Positions 19,726 through 30,500 of a DNA stretch of 53,744 bases are shown here, piece after piece; the first letter of the stretch is position 1; each line of letters starts with the position of its first letter. The DNA comes from a virus (Duplodnaviria > Heunggongvirae > Uroviricota > Caudoviricetes). The notes beneath the pieces are model-generated. The model made no database searches and was not told the DNA's origin. It saw nothing but the letters and a program-made list of their open reading frames with translations. Where the stretch lies: IMG/VR virus record IMGVR_UViG_3300026549_000042, positions 1 to 53,744 of that record; one strand, given 5' to 3'. The translations under genes and the position numbers were made by a program.

Positions 19726-20754
19726 ATGAACTATGATAATATAATAGATAAAGTATTTTTCAAAAATAATATATATTACTTAAGTAATGTCATAAAATTT
19801 AACAAATTAAAAGATAAGAAATATAAAAATATATTAAATTATATTAATAATAGATTTATTGATTCAAAATCCCATCGAGAAACATTATATAGAATTCATT
19901 ATAATATTGAAACTGTTCCAGTATGTCCAGTATGTGGTAAACAATTAAGTTTTGCTGGAAGAAAGGGAATATTATATGGAGCTCATTGTTCTAATAGATG
20001 CAAAAAACTAGATCCAAATGTAAATATAAAATGGAAAACAACATGTGTAAAAAATAATAATGATGGTATTACAAATAGAAAGAAAGCAAAAGAAACAATA
20101 CAAGAAAAATATAATGTAGATAACCCTTTTCAAATACCAGAAGTTATACAAAAAATAAAAGACAAAAATAAATTCCATATTCAAGACATATTATTAAAAA
20201 TGAAATTAACATCATTACAAAAATATGGAGTAGAATATTCATTTCAATCAGATATTGTTAAAGAAAAAATTATACAAACTTCTTTAATAAAATATGGAGT
20301 AGAACATCCAATACAATCTGATATTGTTAAGAAAAAATATAATTGGAAAGAAATTACTAAAAAGATATATGATACAAAACATAAGAATCATACATTCAAC
20401 ACTTCAAAATCAGAATTGGAATCTTATGACCTATTAAAGAAAAAATATCCAGATGTAATAAGACAATATAAGTCAGACAAATACCCCTTCTCCTGTGACT
20501 TTTATATACCAAATTTAGATTTGTATATTGAATGTAACTATCATTGGACACATGGCGGTAAACATTATGAAGGAACTAAAGAAGATATAAACAAAATAAA
20601 ATTATGGAAATCTAAAAATACAAAATTCTATAATAATGCAATAAAATGCTGGTCAATAAGTGATGTATATAAAAGAAATATAGCTAAACAAAATAATTTA
20701 AACTATTTAGAATTTTGGGATATAAATGAATTAAAGAATTGGTTAGATAATTAA
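19726..20754 (+). CDS. Free-standing homing-endonuclease-like protein, paralogue of 2714-4090
   Basis: CPVCG...HCS..C, KYGVE repeats and C-terminal CDFYIPNLDLYIECNYHWTHGG. Inserted antisense between capsid and sheath genes. Confidence 0.75.
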   Translation: MNYDNIIDKVFFKNNIYYLSNVIKFNKLKDKKYKNILNYINNRFIDSKSHRETLYRIHYNIETVPVCPVCGKQLSFAGRKGILYGAHCSNRCKKLDPNVNIKWKTTCVKNNNDGITNRKKAKETIQEKYNVDNPFQIPEVIQKIKDKNKFHIQDILLKMKLTSLQKYGVEYSFQSDIVKEKIIQTSLIKYGVEHPIQSDIVKKKYNWKEITKKIYDTKHKNHTFNTSKSELESYDLLKKKYPDVIRQYKSDKYPFSCDFYIPNLDLYIECNYHWTHGGKHYEGTKEDINKIKLWKSKNTKFYNNAIKCWSISDVYKRNIAKQNNLNYLEFWDINELKNWLDN

Positions 20755-20761
20755 CATAAAA

Positions 20762-20787
20762 AAGAGAGGAACTTAAGTTCCTCTCTT
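20762..20787. terminator. Bidirectional terminator, perfect 26-bp palindrome centred on CTTAAG
   Basis: AAGAGAGGAACTT-AAGTTCCTCTCTT between convergent genes. Confidence 0.75.
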
Positions 20788-20849
20788 CCGATTTTGAATT
20801 GTTGTAATTCAAATCTAAATATATAGAGGCAAAATTGCCTAAATATTTT

Positions 20850-22676
20850 TTAGATAAGTCCAAATTCTGAGTGTACTGCGAATGTGAAGTACATAGTTTC
20901 AGGGTAGAACCCAAGTTCCGCGATTGCAAATCTACTATTGAGAAGCATCTTAGGAGCCATTGTGCCTTCTGCTGTAATACTTACTTGATCAGCTAAGATA
21001 TAAGGTAAGAATACAACACCTGGGCTATTAGCATCACCCTTACGTCCAACACAGATACGTGTATCATTCCAATCCATATAAGGATCTACATAAACCTTAA
21101 GACCAGCAACTGTACCACCCATGTAAAGGTCCTTAGAACCGTCTTGAGCCATACCGTTAACCATAGGAGCTACAACGTAACCAGAAACGTCTTGAAGAGC
21201 AGCGGCAACTTGAGCATTTGTTAATACCCATGTAGCGCGACCTCTACGACCAACATTTTGAATAACTGTAGCGGCAGCTAAGATACGAGACATAATTCTA
21301 CGTTGACGTGTGTGAAGATTTTCAGCAGAAGTAAGAACTTCAGCATTAGCAACTTCCCAGTTAGCGTCTTCAAGATGATCCTTACCATAGATATCTCTGA
21401 AGTTGTTTACACCAAACTCTGCAAGAGTATGAGTAGCATCACCCTTACCCATCCAAAGGTTAAGATCAATACCTTGGAAGATCTTTTGTTGAACAGCGTT
21501 AGTTACACCAAGAGCAAATACTCTTTCAACAAGACGTTGGTTGATGTGTTGTGTAATTTCATTTTGCATAGCTTCCATAACCTTACCAACAGCATCTACA
21601 CCCATAAGAGGAAGATCTTGAAGTTGTTGACGTGTTACTGTACCTGTTACTTCATAAGAACCCATTTGGATCCACTTGCTGAATAAACGAAGACCGATAG
21701 TGTTACCAGTACCAGTTTCATTTTGAGCACGTGTCATAGCTTCTTTCTTACCGGTAGCGAAGTTAGCGAAACCGTCTACAAGATCAACAGCTGTTTGTAC
21801 GAAGTCAGCCTTAGCAGCCTTAATAGGATCATCAAGTACATCCTTTACTGTAACTTCACCAGCAGCAAATACTTCTGTAATAGAAGCAGGATCATTACCT
21901 TTCATGCAAGAAACAACTTCAAGAAGAAGACCACCGTCCATACGACCGAAGCCTTTGAAACGACCAACTAATGTAGCAGCAGCAGCTTCTGTAGCAACTT
22001 CATTTTCAGCTGTTGTATAATCATCAGTACGACCAGGAGCAGTTCCAATTACTTGAATTTCGTCATTTTCTTTAATCTTTTTCTCTGCAACAGCCTTACG
22101 AAGAGCTTCAAGAGATTCAAGATCACCAAGAACCTTAACATAAATAGGTTTGTTTTCACGACCAGCACCCTTACCATCGAAGCTTGTTTCATTTACACGA
22201 CCAAGCTTACCACCAGCATATGGGAAGTCCATGTATGAAAGCATGTGCCAAGGACCCTTAGCAGGAACTACAGGAACAAGTTCAAGACCTACTGTCAATA
22301 AAGCAATATTCAATGCCATAGGAAGTGTAGATACAGGAATATCACCACTACCTACCTTTTGATTCCAAAGGTTACCAGCAGCTGCAGGATTTGTAGAAGC
22401 AACGGCAGGATTTTGAGGAGCTGCAACGTTACCCATACCTGTTGTGTTAAGAGGAGTAGCATAGATAGGACCTACACCACCTGGTTGAGCTGGAACATAA
22501 CCAGCATGACCTTGTTGCATGAATGGAGAACCATTTACACCAAGTTGTGATTCATAAATTTCGTGAATAGAGGCATATTGGCTAACCCAATTTAACTTTT
22601 CTTGATCTTGAACATGAAAGTTTTCTGTTAACATAGTACGCCACATATCAGCACCATTTTGTTCTGTTATAAACAT
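20850..22676 (-). CDS. gp23: Major capsid protein (T4 gp23-like)
   Basis: LELVPVVPAKGP, QQLQDL...GVDA...MQNEITQHIN, RRGRATWVLTNAQVAAAL, YVDPY, GVVFLPY, SRFA motifs; high-expression codon bias. Confidence 0.93.
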   Translation of the reverse strand: MFITEQNGADMWRTMLTENFHVQDQEKLNWVSQYASIHEIYESQLGVNGSPFMQQGHAGYVPAQPGGVGPIYATPLNTTGMGNVAAPQNPAVASTNPAAAGNLWNQKVGSGDIPVSTLPMALNIALLTVGLELVPVVPAKGPWHMLSYMDFPYAGGKLGRVNETSFDGKGAGRENKPIYVKVLGDLESLEALRKAVAEKKIKENDEIQVIGTAPGRTDDYTTAENEVATEAAAATLVGRFKGFGRMDGGLLLEVVSCMKGNDPASITEVFAAGEVTVKDVLDDPIKAAKADFVQTAVDLVDGFANFATGKKEAMTRAQNETGTGNTIGLRLFSKWIQMGSYEVTGTVTRQQLQDLPLMGVDAVGKVMEAMQNEITQHINQRLVERVFALGVTNAVQQKIFQGIDLNLWMGKGDATHTLAEFGVNNFRDIYGKDHLEDANWEVANAEVLTSAENLHTRQRRIMSRILAAATVIQNVGRRGRATWVLTNAQVAAALQDVSGYVVAPMVNGMAQDGSKDLYMGGTVAGLKVYVDPYMDWNDTRICVGRKGDANSPGVVFLPYILADQVSITAEGTMAPKMLLNSRFAIAELGFYPETMYFTFAVHSEFGLI

Positions 22677-22742
22677 ATTGTTAAAATCAATAAAATTTTT
22701 TTATTATGGTTTTTTATTTTTTAATTTTTCCTTTTTACAAAT

Positions 22743-22757
22743 TATATATAAAAATAA
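22743..22757 (-). promoter_or_regulatory. Putative late promoter TTATTTTTATATATA
   Basis: Exact 15-mer about 67 nt upstream of the capsid start. Confidence 0.65.
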
Positions 22758-22790
22758 TAAATTTTTCATCTAAAGTTTATTTACAAAAAC

Positions 22791-24488
22791 TTATGATAAA
22801 TTTACATTATTTCTAAGATACATCATTTGTTTAACAATGTTGTTATGATAATTTCCAACTACATCATTAGATGTTTCTGTTACAAACTTAGGAGTTTCTT
22901 TAGCGAAATCAACATTTGCCCAGAAGTTTTCTAATACTCCATCTTTAGTAAAGTCAAACATACGAGATTGTCTAACTATTTCATTTTTACGATCTTCATT
23001 AAGAAGTTCCCAAGATGGTCTGTATTCAGCTGGCATATTTTCTACAACGTATACACCTGCATATTTAGCATCTGTAGCATTTTCCTTAACAAGCTTTTCA
23101 ATTTCTTCTTTATTGTCAACCGATTCCAAAAGTGCATCGATTTCATCTAAACGACCAGCCTTTTGACTTTCAATAAATGCATTAACATTTTCATTGACTT
23201 TAGATTCAATTTTTTCAGATTGTATTGGAGCAAATTCTTCAGTTATCCAACTTTCAACAACAGGAGAAAATTCTTCAGTTATCCAGTTTTGTACTTCAGG
23301 AGAAAATTCTTCAGTTATCCAGTTTTGTACTTCAGGAGCAAATTCTTCAGTTACCCAGTTTTGTACTTCAGGAGCAAATTCTTCAGTTACCCAGTTTTGT
23401 ACTTCAGGAGCAAATTCTTCAGTTACCCAGTTTTGTACTTCAGGAGCAAATTCTTCAGTTACCCAATTTTGAACACCTTCTGCAATATTTTCAATTGCTT
23501 CAGATATCTTAGTAGTAATAACAGCATCATTTTCTTCCTTAACGGCTTCCATAATAGATGACTTGAATTCATTACCAAATTCTTCCTTCACCCATTTTTC
23601 AATTGCATCATAATTTACAGTAGGTATTGAAGATTTTGTTTCATTCAAAGACTCTTGAGCCACATGAAGTTCAGCTTCTAAAGAAGCAACTTGATCACTA
23701 AGCTTATCAATTGCGTCTTTTAAATCTTTCATATCAATATCTTCGTTATCGTTATTTTTATTATTTTCTTTGTCATCTTTATCGTCATCGTCAGAAGTTT
23801 CTGTTGCATCAGAATTTTCTTTCTTTTCGGATGTCTTTTCTTTCTTGTCTTCCTTCTTGTCTTCCTTGTTGTCTTCCTTCTTATCTTCGGAATCATCACC
23901 TAAAAGATCTTCAGAATCATCATCTTCAACAATAGCCCAAATTTGGTTATCATCTTCAAGACCTTCATTAAGACATTCAAGAGTTTGATTTTGTTTTAAT
24001 GTCAATTTAGCTTGACTAAAACCAGGAGTACCTACTAAATCGTAAGTCTTAATAGTAGATAATGTTACACGACCTTCATTAGTAATAGTACCAGCGCCAC
24101 GTGAAGAAATATATAATGGAAGTCCACCTTCAACAATAGCTTGAGCAATTTTACCTTTAGGAGTATTAAGAAGAAGAATAGTACCTGTAATAGTTCCATC
24201 TTCATTCATTTGTATACTTTCAATTTTGTGAGATACATTCTCTAAATTGATATTCATTGAATTTGGGTGTTCCAACTCACCAGGACAACCTTCAGTTTCA
24301 ATTACATGTTGTAATGATTCAACCATTTGTGCATAATTATCTTTATCATATACACGATTGTTCTGATTCTTTACACCACAAACTCCAAATACTCCAGTAA
24401 GACGCATTTGTTCATTATTGTTTGATTCTACAACTAAATCGGAAACTTTACCTAATGTTTCATAGACCAAGCAATGTTTATTTGTCAT
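22791..24488 (-). CDS. gp21: Prohead protease (gp21-like) fused to an acidic scaffold-like domain
   Basis: NQNNRVY, GELEHP, ISSRGAG and TYDLVGTPGFSQA protease motifs, then about 390 aa of acidic coiled-coil-like sequence. Confidence 0.88.
   Translation of the reverse strand: MTNKHCLVYETLGKVSDLVVESNNNEQMRLTGVFGVCGVKNQNNRVYDKDNYAQMVESLQHVIETEGCPGELEHPNSMNINLENVSHKIESIQMNEDGTITGTILLLNTPKGKIAQAIVEGGLPLYISSRGAGTITNEGRVTLSTIKTYDLVGTPGFSQAKLTLKQNQTLECLNEGLEDDNQIWAIVEDDDSEDLLGDDSEDKKEDNKEDKKEDKKEKTSEKKENSDATETSDDDDKDDKENNKNNDNEDIDMKDLKDAIDKLSDQVASLEAELHVAQESLNETKSSIPTVNYDAIEKWVKEEFGNEFKSSIMEAVKEENDAVITTKISEAIENIAEGVQNWVTEEFAPEVQNWVTEEFAPEVQNWVTEEFAPEVQNWVTEEFAPEVQNWITEEFSPEVQNWITEEFSPVVESWITEEFAPIQSEKIESKVNENVNAFIESQKAGRLDEIDALLESVDNKEEIEKLVKENATDAKYAGVYVVENMPAEYRPSWELLNEDRKNEIVRQSRMFDFTKDGVLENFWANVDFAKETPKFVTETSNDVVGNYHNNIVKQMMYLRNNVNLS
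23223..23474 (-). repeat. 7 x 36-nt coding tandem repeat (VQNWVTEEFAPE)
   Basis: Seven in-frame 12-aa units, four identical at protein level. Confidence 0.95.
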
Positions 24489-24563
24489 ATTTTAAATGTT
24501 CTTACAAATATTTTTGGTATTTTATTAAAAATATATTTTTTTCAAATAATATAATAATTTTTA

Positions 24564-27500
24564 TTAATTTGCTGTAATTTCTCTAATAATTAAGTTATCT
24601 TTATTTTGTTCAACTCTACAACTATATGTTATAGCAAGAGATTCTGCCACATCAGGTTGTGAAATAGTTATATTATTTACTGTTATTAGTTTATTTGTAC
24701 TTTCATTCAATATACGTAATGAATGATATGTTTCTAATGTAAATCTACCATTTTCACCTATGATTGACTTATACCAATTATTAAATAATAATAAATAATT
24801 TGAATAAACTATATTATGATGTAATGTTTTTATAACATCTTCAGTTAATTCTTGTTCATATTTTATTTGATATCCGTCATTAAATGTATATAAATGATCA
24901 GTATTTCCAGTTTCATCATTATTTACAGTTTCATGACTAAATGTATCATCTATATCAATTTGTAATTCACGTATTGTCCATAAGTCACATAATACATTAA
25001 TTAAACCATCATATTTATATCTATTTATAAGTTCATTAACATTCTTATTTATATATTGATTAGGATACATTGTTGTTGGAATAATAGAATCATATTTGAT
25101 AATTGTTGGGAACATAATATTATTTGAAGGATAAATCATTTTTGTACTTGCATTATATGATAATTGTCTACCAAAGTTTCCTAAATATTCTGTTCTTGGT
25201 TGATTAAAATGATTCGATACATTTAAGAATGATCCTTTTTCTAATATATATCCATAGTATATTTCTGCCATTTCTTGTGATAATATACTATTGCTTAGAT
25301 TATCAAACTTAATACCTAATGATTCTACCTTTATACCTTCTGAATAGTTAGTTGGTATTCCATCATTAAAGTTGAAACATATATTAAATACTGGTATATA
25401 TGTATTATTTAATATGTTTTCTGTTAAGTCAAATAATACTGGTTGATTATCACTATTTGTTATTATTTTTGTTGTTAATAATGATTGACTATGTATTTCT
25501 ACATTAAAATTAAGAATAGTCAAATTATTTGTTCTATTAGATGAAGATATAAATGTATGATCATTAAACAAATATATTCTTTTTGCAGTATTTTCACCAA
25601 CAATAGCATATACATTAAATATGTCTATTGATGATATTGATTTATTTGTGTCAATATCAATAAAGTTTTCAGGATATAATGAATATATGTCAGTTTGATA
25701 ATTACCTAACTTATATATTTTGTCATTTATAACTGAACTATCAATTGTTGTCAATTTTTGTGGTAATATTTTACATTTATTAAATAATTTATTAATATTT
25801 GTTAGTTTAGTCAAATTATCAAATAAATTACTTGGTATATATCCTTCAAAATCAGAATCACCAAAAATACCTTGAATTTCACTTACATTTTTACATTTTT
25901 CATTAAATAATGTTGGTGGAATTATAGGATATCCGTATTGTACATTATTTGTATAATTTTCGTCTGTAAATTTATAATTAGATATACTTACATTATATTT
26001 AGTATCTGTTGTGTGATTAATGTCATATTTGTAGTATACTGGTTTTTGTAAACTTGCATTATTATATGTTTTATGTGTGCCTATTATTTTGACATTATTA
26101 AACATATTTGATATATTTGTAAATTTGTTGTCATCAATATCAAATATATCTTCAGGTAATGGATAACTGTTAATACCATTAAATGTTGAATTAGCAAATA
26201 AATTAGAAATATTTTCTATATTCTTAAATTTGATAATTGTTTCTTTAGATATACATATACCAACTTCTTCATTATTTTGTAATTTGCCAGTACAATTAGA
26301 GAATAATCCATTGACTTTTGTAGTTGATTCAAATGCATTTAAGCTTTCTGGTAATTTAATTAAGCAATCATCATTAGAATTACTATTAAATATAAATGTT
26401 GTTTTACTAAAAAGATAACTTAAATTACTTTGTGTAGCTAAACTATACCATAATGTATTCCAATTATCTAAGTTACTATAATCAATTTTCTTGTAGAAAT
26501 TAAATATATTACTTATATTAGATTCATTATATTTGTTTTGGCTATTATTGATTAAGTTATTATATTGTCTACCATAACTTATAAATGATGCAATATCTAC
26601 TAAATTATCAATAGGAATATATTTTACCATATCGACTGTATCTATTGATGTAAATGATCTGTAAATAGTTAAATTATTATTTACATTAGAAAGTCCAATA
26701 TTGTTAAATCCTTTTACAAAAGATGCAGATATTAATGAATTATTTTTTACTGTTGATTGTATTAAATTATTAAAACTACATACAATTGTTGTTACGTTAT
26801 TTTGATGTTCAGTAAATAGGCCATCTAAATTAGTTGTTGCATTATTAAAACTAATACCACTTATAGATGTTATAGTATCATTATCGTCATCATTAAACAA
26901 GAACTTATGAACATTTACTTCTGTAAGTAATTCAGAATCATTATACATTTGTGTTCTTGTATTATATGAAATAAATGGTCTATTATTACCATCTAATTCT
27001 CCAGGTGATGTAGAATATAAGAAATTAGATATTTTATTCTTTATATATTTTAATGCATCTTCATGTACATATGTTAACGTACCAATTATGTTATCAATAT
27101 TTAATACATTTGGTGATGTTATATTAGCAGAAACTGTAATATCACCTTCATTGTTAATACCAAATAATTTATCATCAATAACATTATATCCAGTACCCCA
27201 TAACATATTTTTACAACTTAACAAATTAGTATATCCGGCTAATGATAAATGCTTATTACTTGAATATTGCATTGTTAAGCCGCTGAATGTAAAGGTTATG
27301 TTTTCTTGTCTATAGAATGCATTTTCTAATGATACAACATTTTCTTTACCATCAAGATTTGTAATTAAATCATATAAGTCATCATATGATAATGCTGCTT
27401 GACCAGTATGATCACCATAAGATGAGAATTTGCCTATTTCAAATATTGATGCTAATGATGTATTAGGTTTTTTAACTCGTAATGTAAAGTTTTGTGTGAA

Positions 27501-30500
27501 GTTAAATTTAGAATTATAGAAAGTACCAGCTGCATATCTATTATTGCTATCTGCTCTATGAGTAATACATAAGAAATGATTATCATTATCTTGTATATAA
27601 TTTATATTACGTAAGTTAGTATTAGCAAATGCATAAGGAGATAATGTTATTTCCTCCTTATCTGGCAATATTATTGTATCTATGTATTTAGTACCTTCAA
27701 ATGAAATTTCCTCAAGTTGATTAACATTACTTAAATCAACCTTTATATTAGAATCAGAAACTTGTTCAGATGATTTACCACAAATAGTAAATGTAGGATA
27801 TTCTCCATCTTCTAAATATCCGCAGCAGCTAATGATTTTAATTGACTTAACTATGAAGTTTTCTTCTGATCCATTAATTAATGTAATATTCTTTATATTT
27901 GGACAATTTGAAATTGTAATTTTTTCAAAACCAACTAATGTTATATTAGATACAGTTAAGTCATTTACTATTGTAATAGATGCATTATCAAATTTTGAAT
28001 TAGTTATAGATATGTTTGAAATATTTGAATTTGCAATAGTTATATCCTTATTCCAAATAGATAATAATTCTATACTCTTTAATGATGAACCGCTAAAGTT
28101 ACATGATCTTAAGTTATTGCAATTTTGTACTACAATATTGTTGTTTGGTGAATTAATATTTTGAGCATTTATTGTAGTTATGTCCAAACCTTTTGCAGTA
28201 AGTCCACATTTTGAATTTGAAATATTGATTGTACGTAAATTAGGGTATGTATTAACTGTTTCATTTTCATTAACTAAATTCAATTGACATGCTGCTTCAG
28301 GTGATGTTATTTCAATAGTTTTTACAGAAGGTATATTAGGTAACTGTAATTCTTTTAATACATTATTTGTTACACTGATATTTTCCAAGTATGGACTATT
28401 AATATATAACACACCATCACTATTAATAAGAGTATTGAATGACGCAACTTTTGTCCATGAAATAGAACCACCAAAACCAATTGTTTGCGAACCACTATCA
28501 TTAGGAACGGTAAATTGATATTCGGTTTGTGGATCAATACATATAAATTGTAGGTAACGACCTTGTGAATATGAATTATATATTGGACTATAATCTAATG
28601 CATGTATACTAATAGTACCAACTTGACCGCCAGAATATTTTTGATAGCCCATACCAGTACCAAAAATACTTCTAATCATATGTACATCTTCATTTGTTGG
28701 TAATGCATATACAATATTTGCAACATCTTCAAATAAAGGATCATAAATGTTTACGCCGTTATTTTGAAGATCTTTCCATGTATTTGTACTAATGTCATAA
28801 TGTTTATAGTTATTTGTCTTTACATTAGTTATATTAAAATATGCATCAAGAATATGGAAACGTTTATTTAGCCAATCCTCTAATGATGCTAATCCTCTGC
28901 CATGGAAAGGTGTTATATTTGTTACATCAAATCCGGTAGATGTTTTTTGTAAATATTTAAATCTATAGTTGGCATTAAAGAATAATCTATTTATCTTATT
29001 TAAGTTTCTTCCAAAATAATTTTCAATAAAATATTTTGAATTTCTAAGTTCACTATGATTATCTTTTCTTAATGTATACCAATAATAACTTGGATTTGTT
29101 TTATATCTGCTATCTTCTTTATTGTTATAGAATACTTTTGCATATTTAGCTATAGCAAATAAATATGAACTTGGAATATCAAATCCTAATGGAATGTTAC
29201 CCCAATCCTTTTCCATTATATTTATCTGAAACTGAGAAGCTTTACTTGCTAATTCAGTATTAGGATAGAAATCTCTATATATTACTGCATTATCATCTTC
29301 CATTGTCCAATAATCACTAAACGCAAATGGATGAACATATACACCACCATTATCTCTACTAAATGAGGTGTCCATATCATAGAATGCAGTATAGAATGGA
29401 CCACCTTCTCTAAATGATTTGATGTTCATATTCTTTTGAACAGAGTCAGTTAATCCAAATGCCATACAAAGAGTATAATATTCAACAAGACTAGTATAAT
29501 CTAACAAATAGAAATATTTACTAAATAAAGCATCAGTATCTTTATATTCATATTCTTCTTGTGTTTCCTCTTCATTAAATATACCAACAAAATGTCTAAA
29601 TGGATCTTGCCAGTTACTATTGATATTATCTATTGCTTCTCCAAATATATTTGACAATTCTTCACTATATGTAAAATTGTTGCCAAATCTTGTAAATTGT
29701 TTTTTATAATTAGGAACGCTTCCTGTAGATCTTGTTATCCAGTTATTACTTCCTGGTACATAGTAAGGTCTATCTGATAAATGTGCTTTATAAGACAAAT
29801 CATATCCATAATGATTTAGTTCATCTGTGGACATATTTTTTTCCAATAAAGTAAATAATTTACCACCAAACAATGAGACTTCTCTAACAAATGTCTGTAT
29901 TTTTTGTTTTTGACGTTGGATATTTTCTCCCTTAGGATAGAAATCACCAAACATACCTTCATTATTTTCTCTATCTTCAAATAATATTGTTGAATCAAAT
30001 TGAGAAAAGTCATAGTATGGATTACCACCTTGAATTTCAGCAACACATAATCCATTCATTGGCTGGTAATTTTCAATATGAGTCACATATACTCCAAATC
30101 CATCATATTTGCCAGTTTCATCTAATAAATTAACTTGTGTTGTACCATCTATTTCATATAAATTGTTTAATATAGCACCAATATTATAATATCCTAAGTT
30201 AACAACAGAATCACGACCCAAGTTACAATTATATATACCCATATAATAGTAATGTATTTTGTCATTATTATCTTTATCTGGTAAACCGAAGAATACCAAT
30301 AATGGGAAACCTGTTAAACAATTCTTTATATATCTCTTGTAAGATTCTGCATTAGTATGAATATTTCTGGAATCACTAAATGGTGTTGTATTTTCATTTA
30401 TAAACAAACCTGCAGAAGTATTGTTAGCATGAGTTGAGTCAACAGCATCTGCCTTAAATAACAAAAGATTTTCGGGTAAGAATGAATTATTAGCTTCTTT

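Noticed and set aside
22968-23988. Several plus-strand repetitive ORFs; possible CRISPR array
   Set aside because: Shadows of the 36-nt coding repeat and acidic tract in the protease-scaffold gene. Units are contiguous with no unique spacers, and no cas genes are seen.
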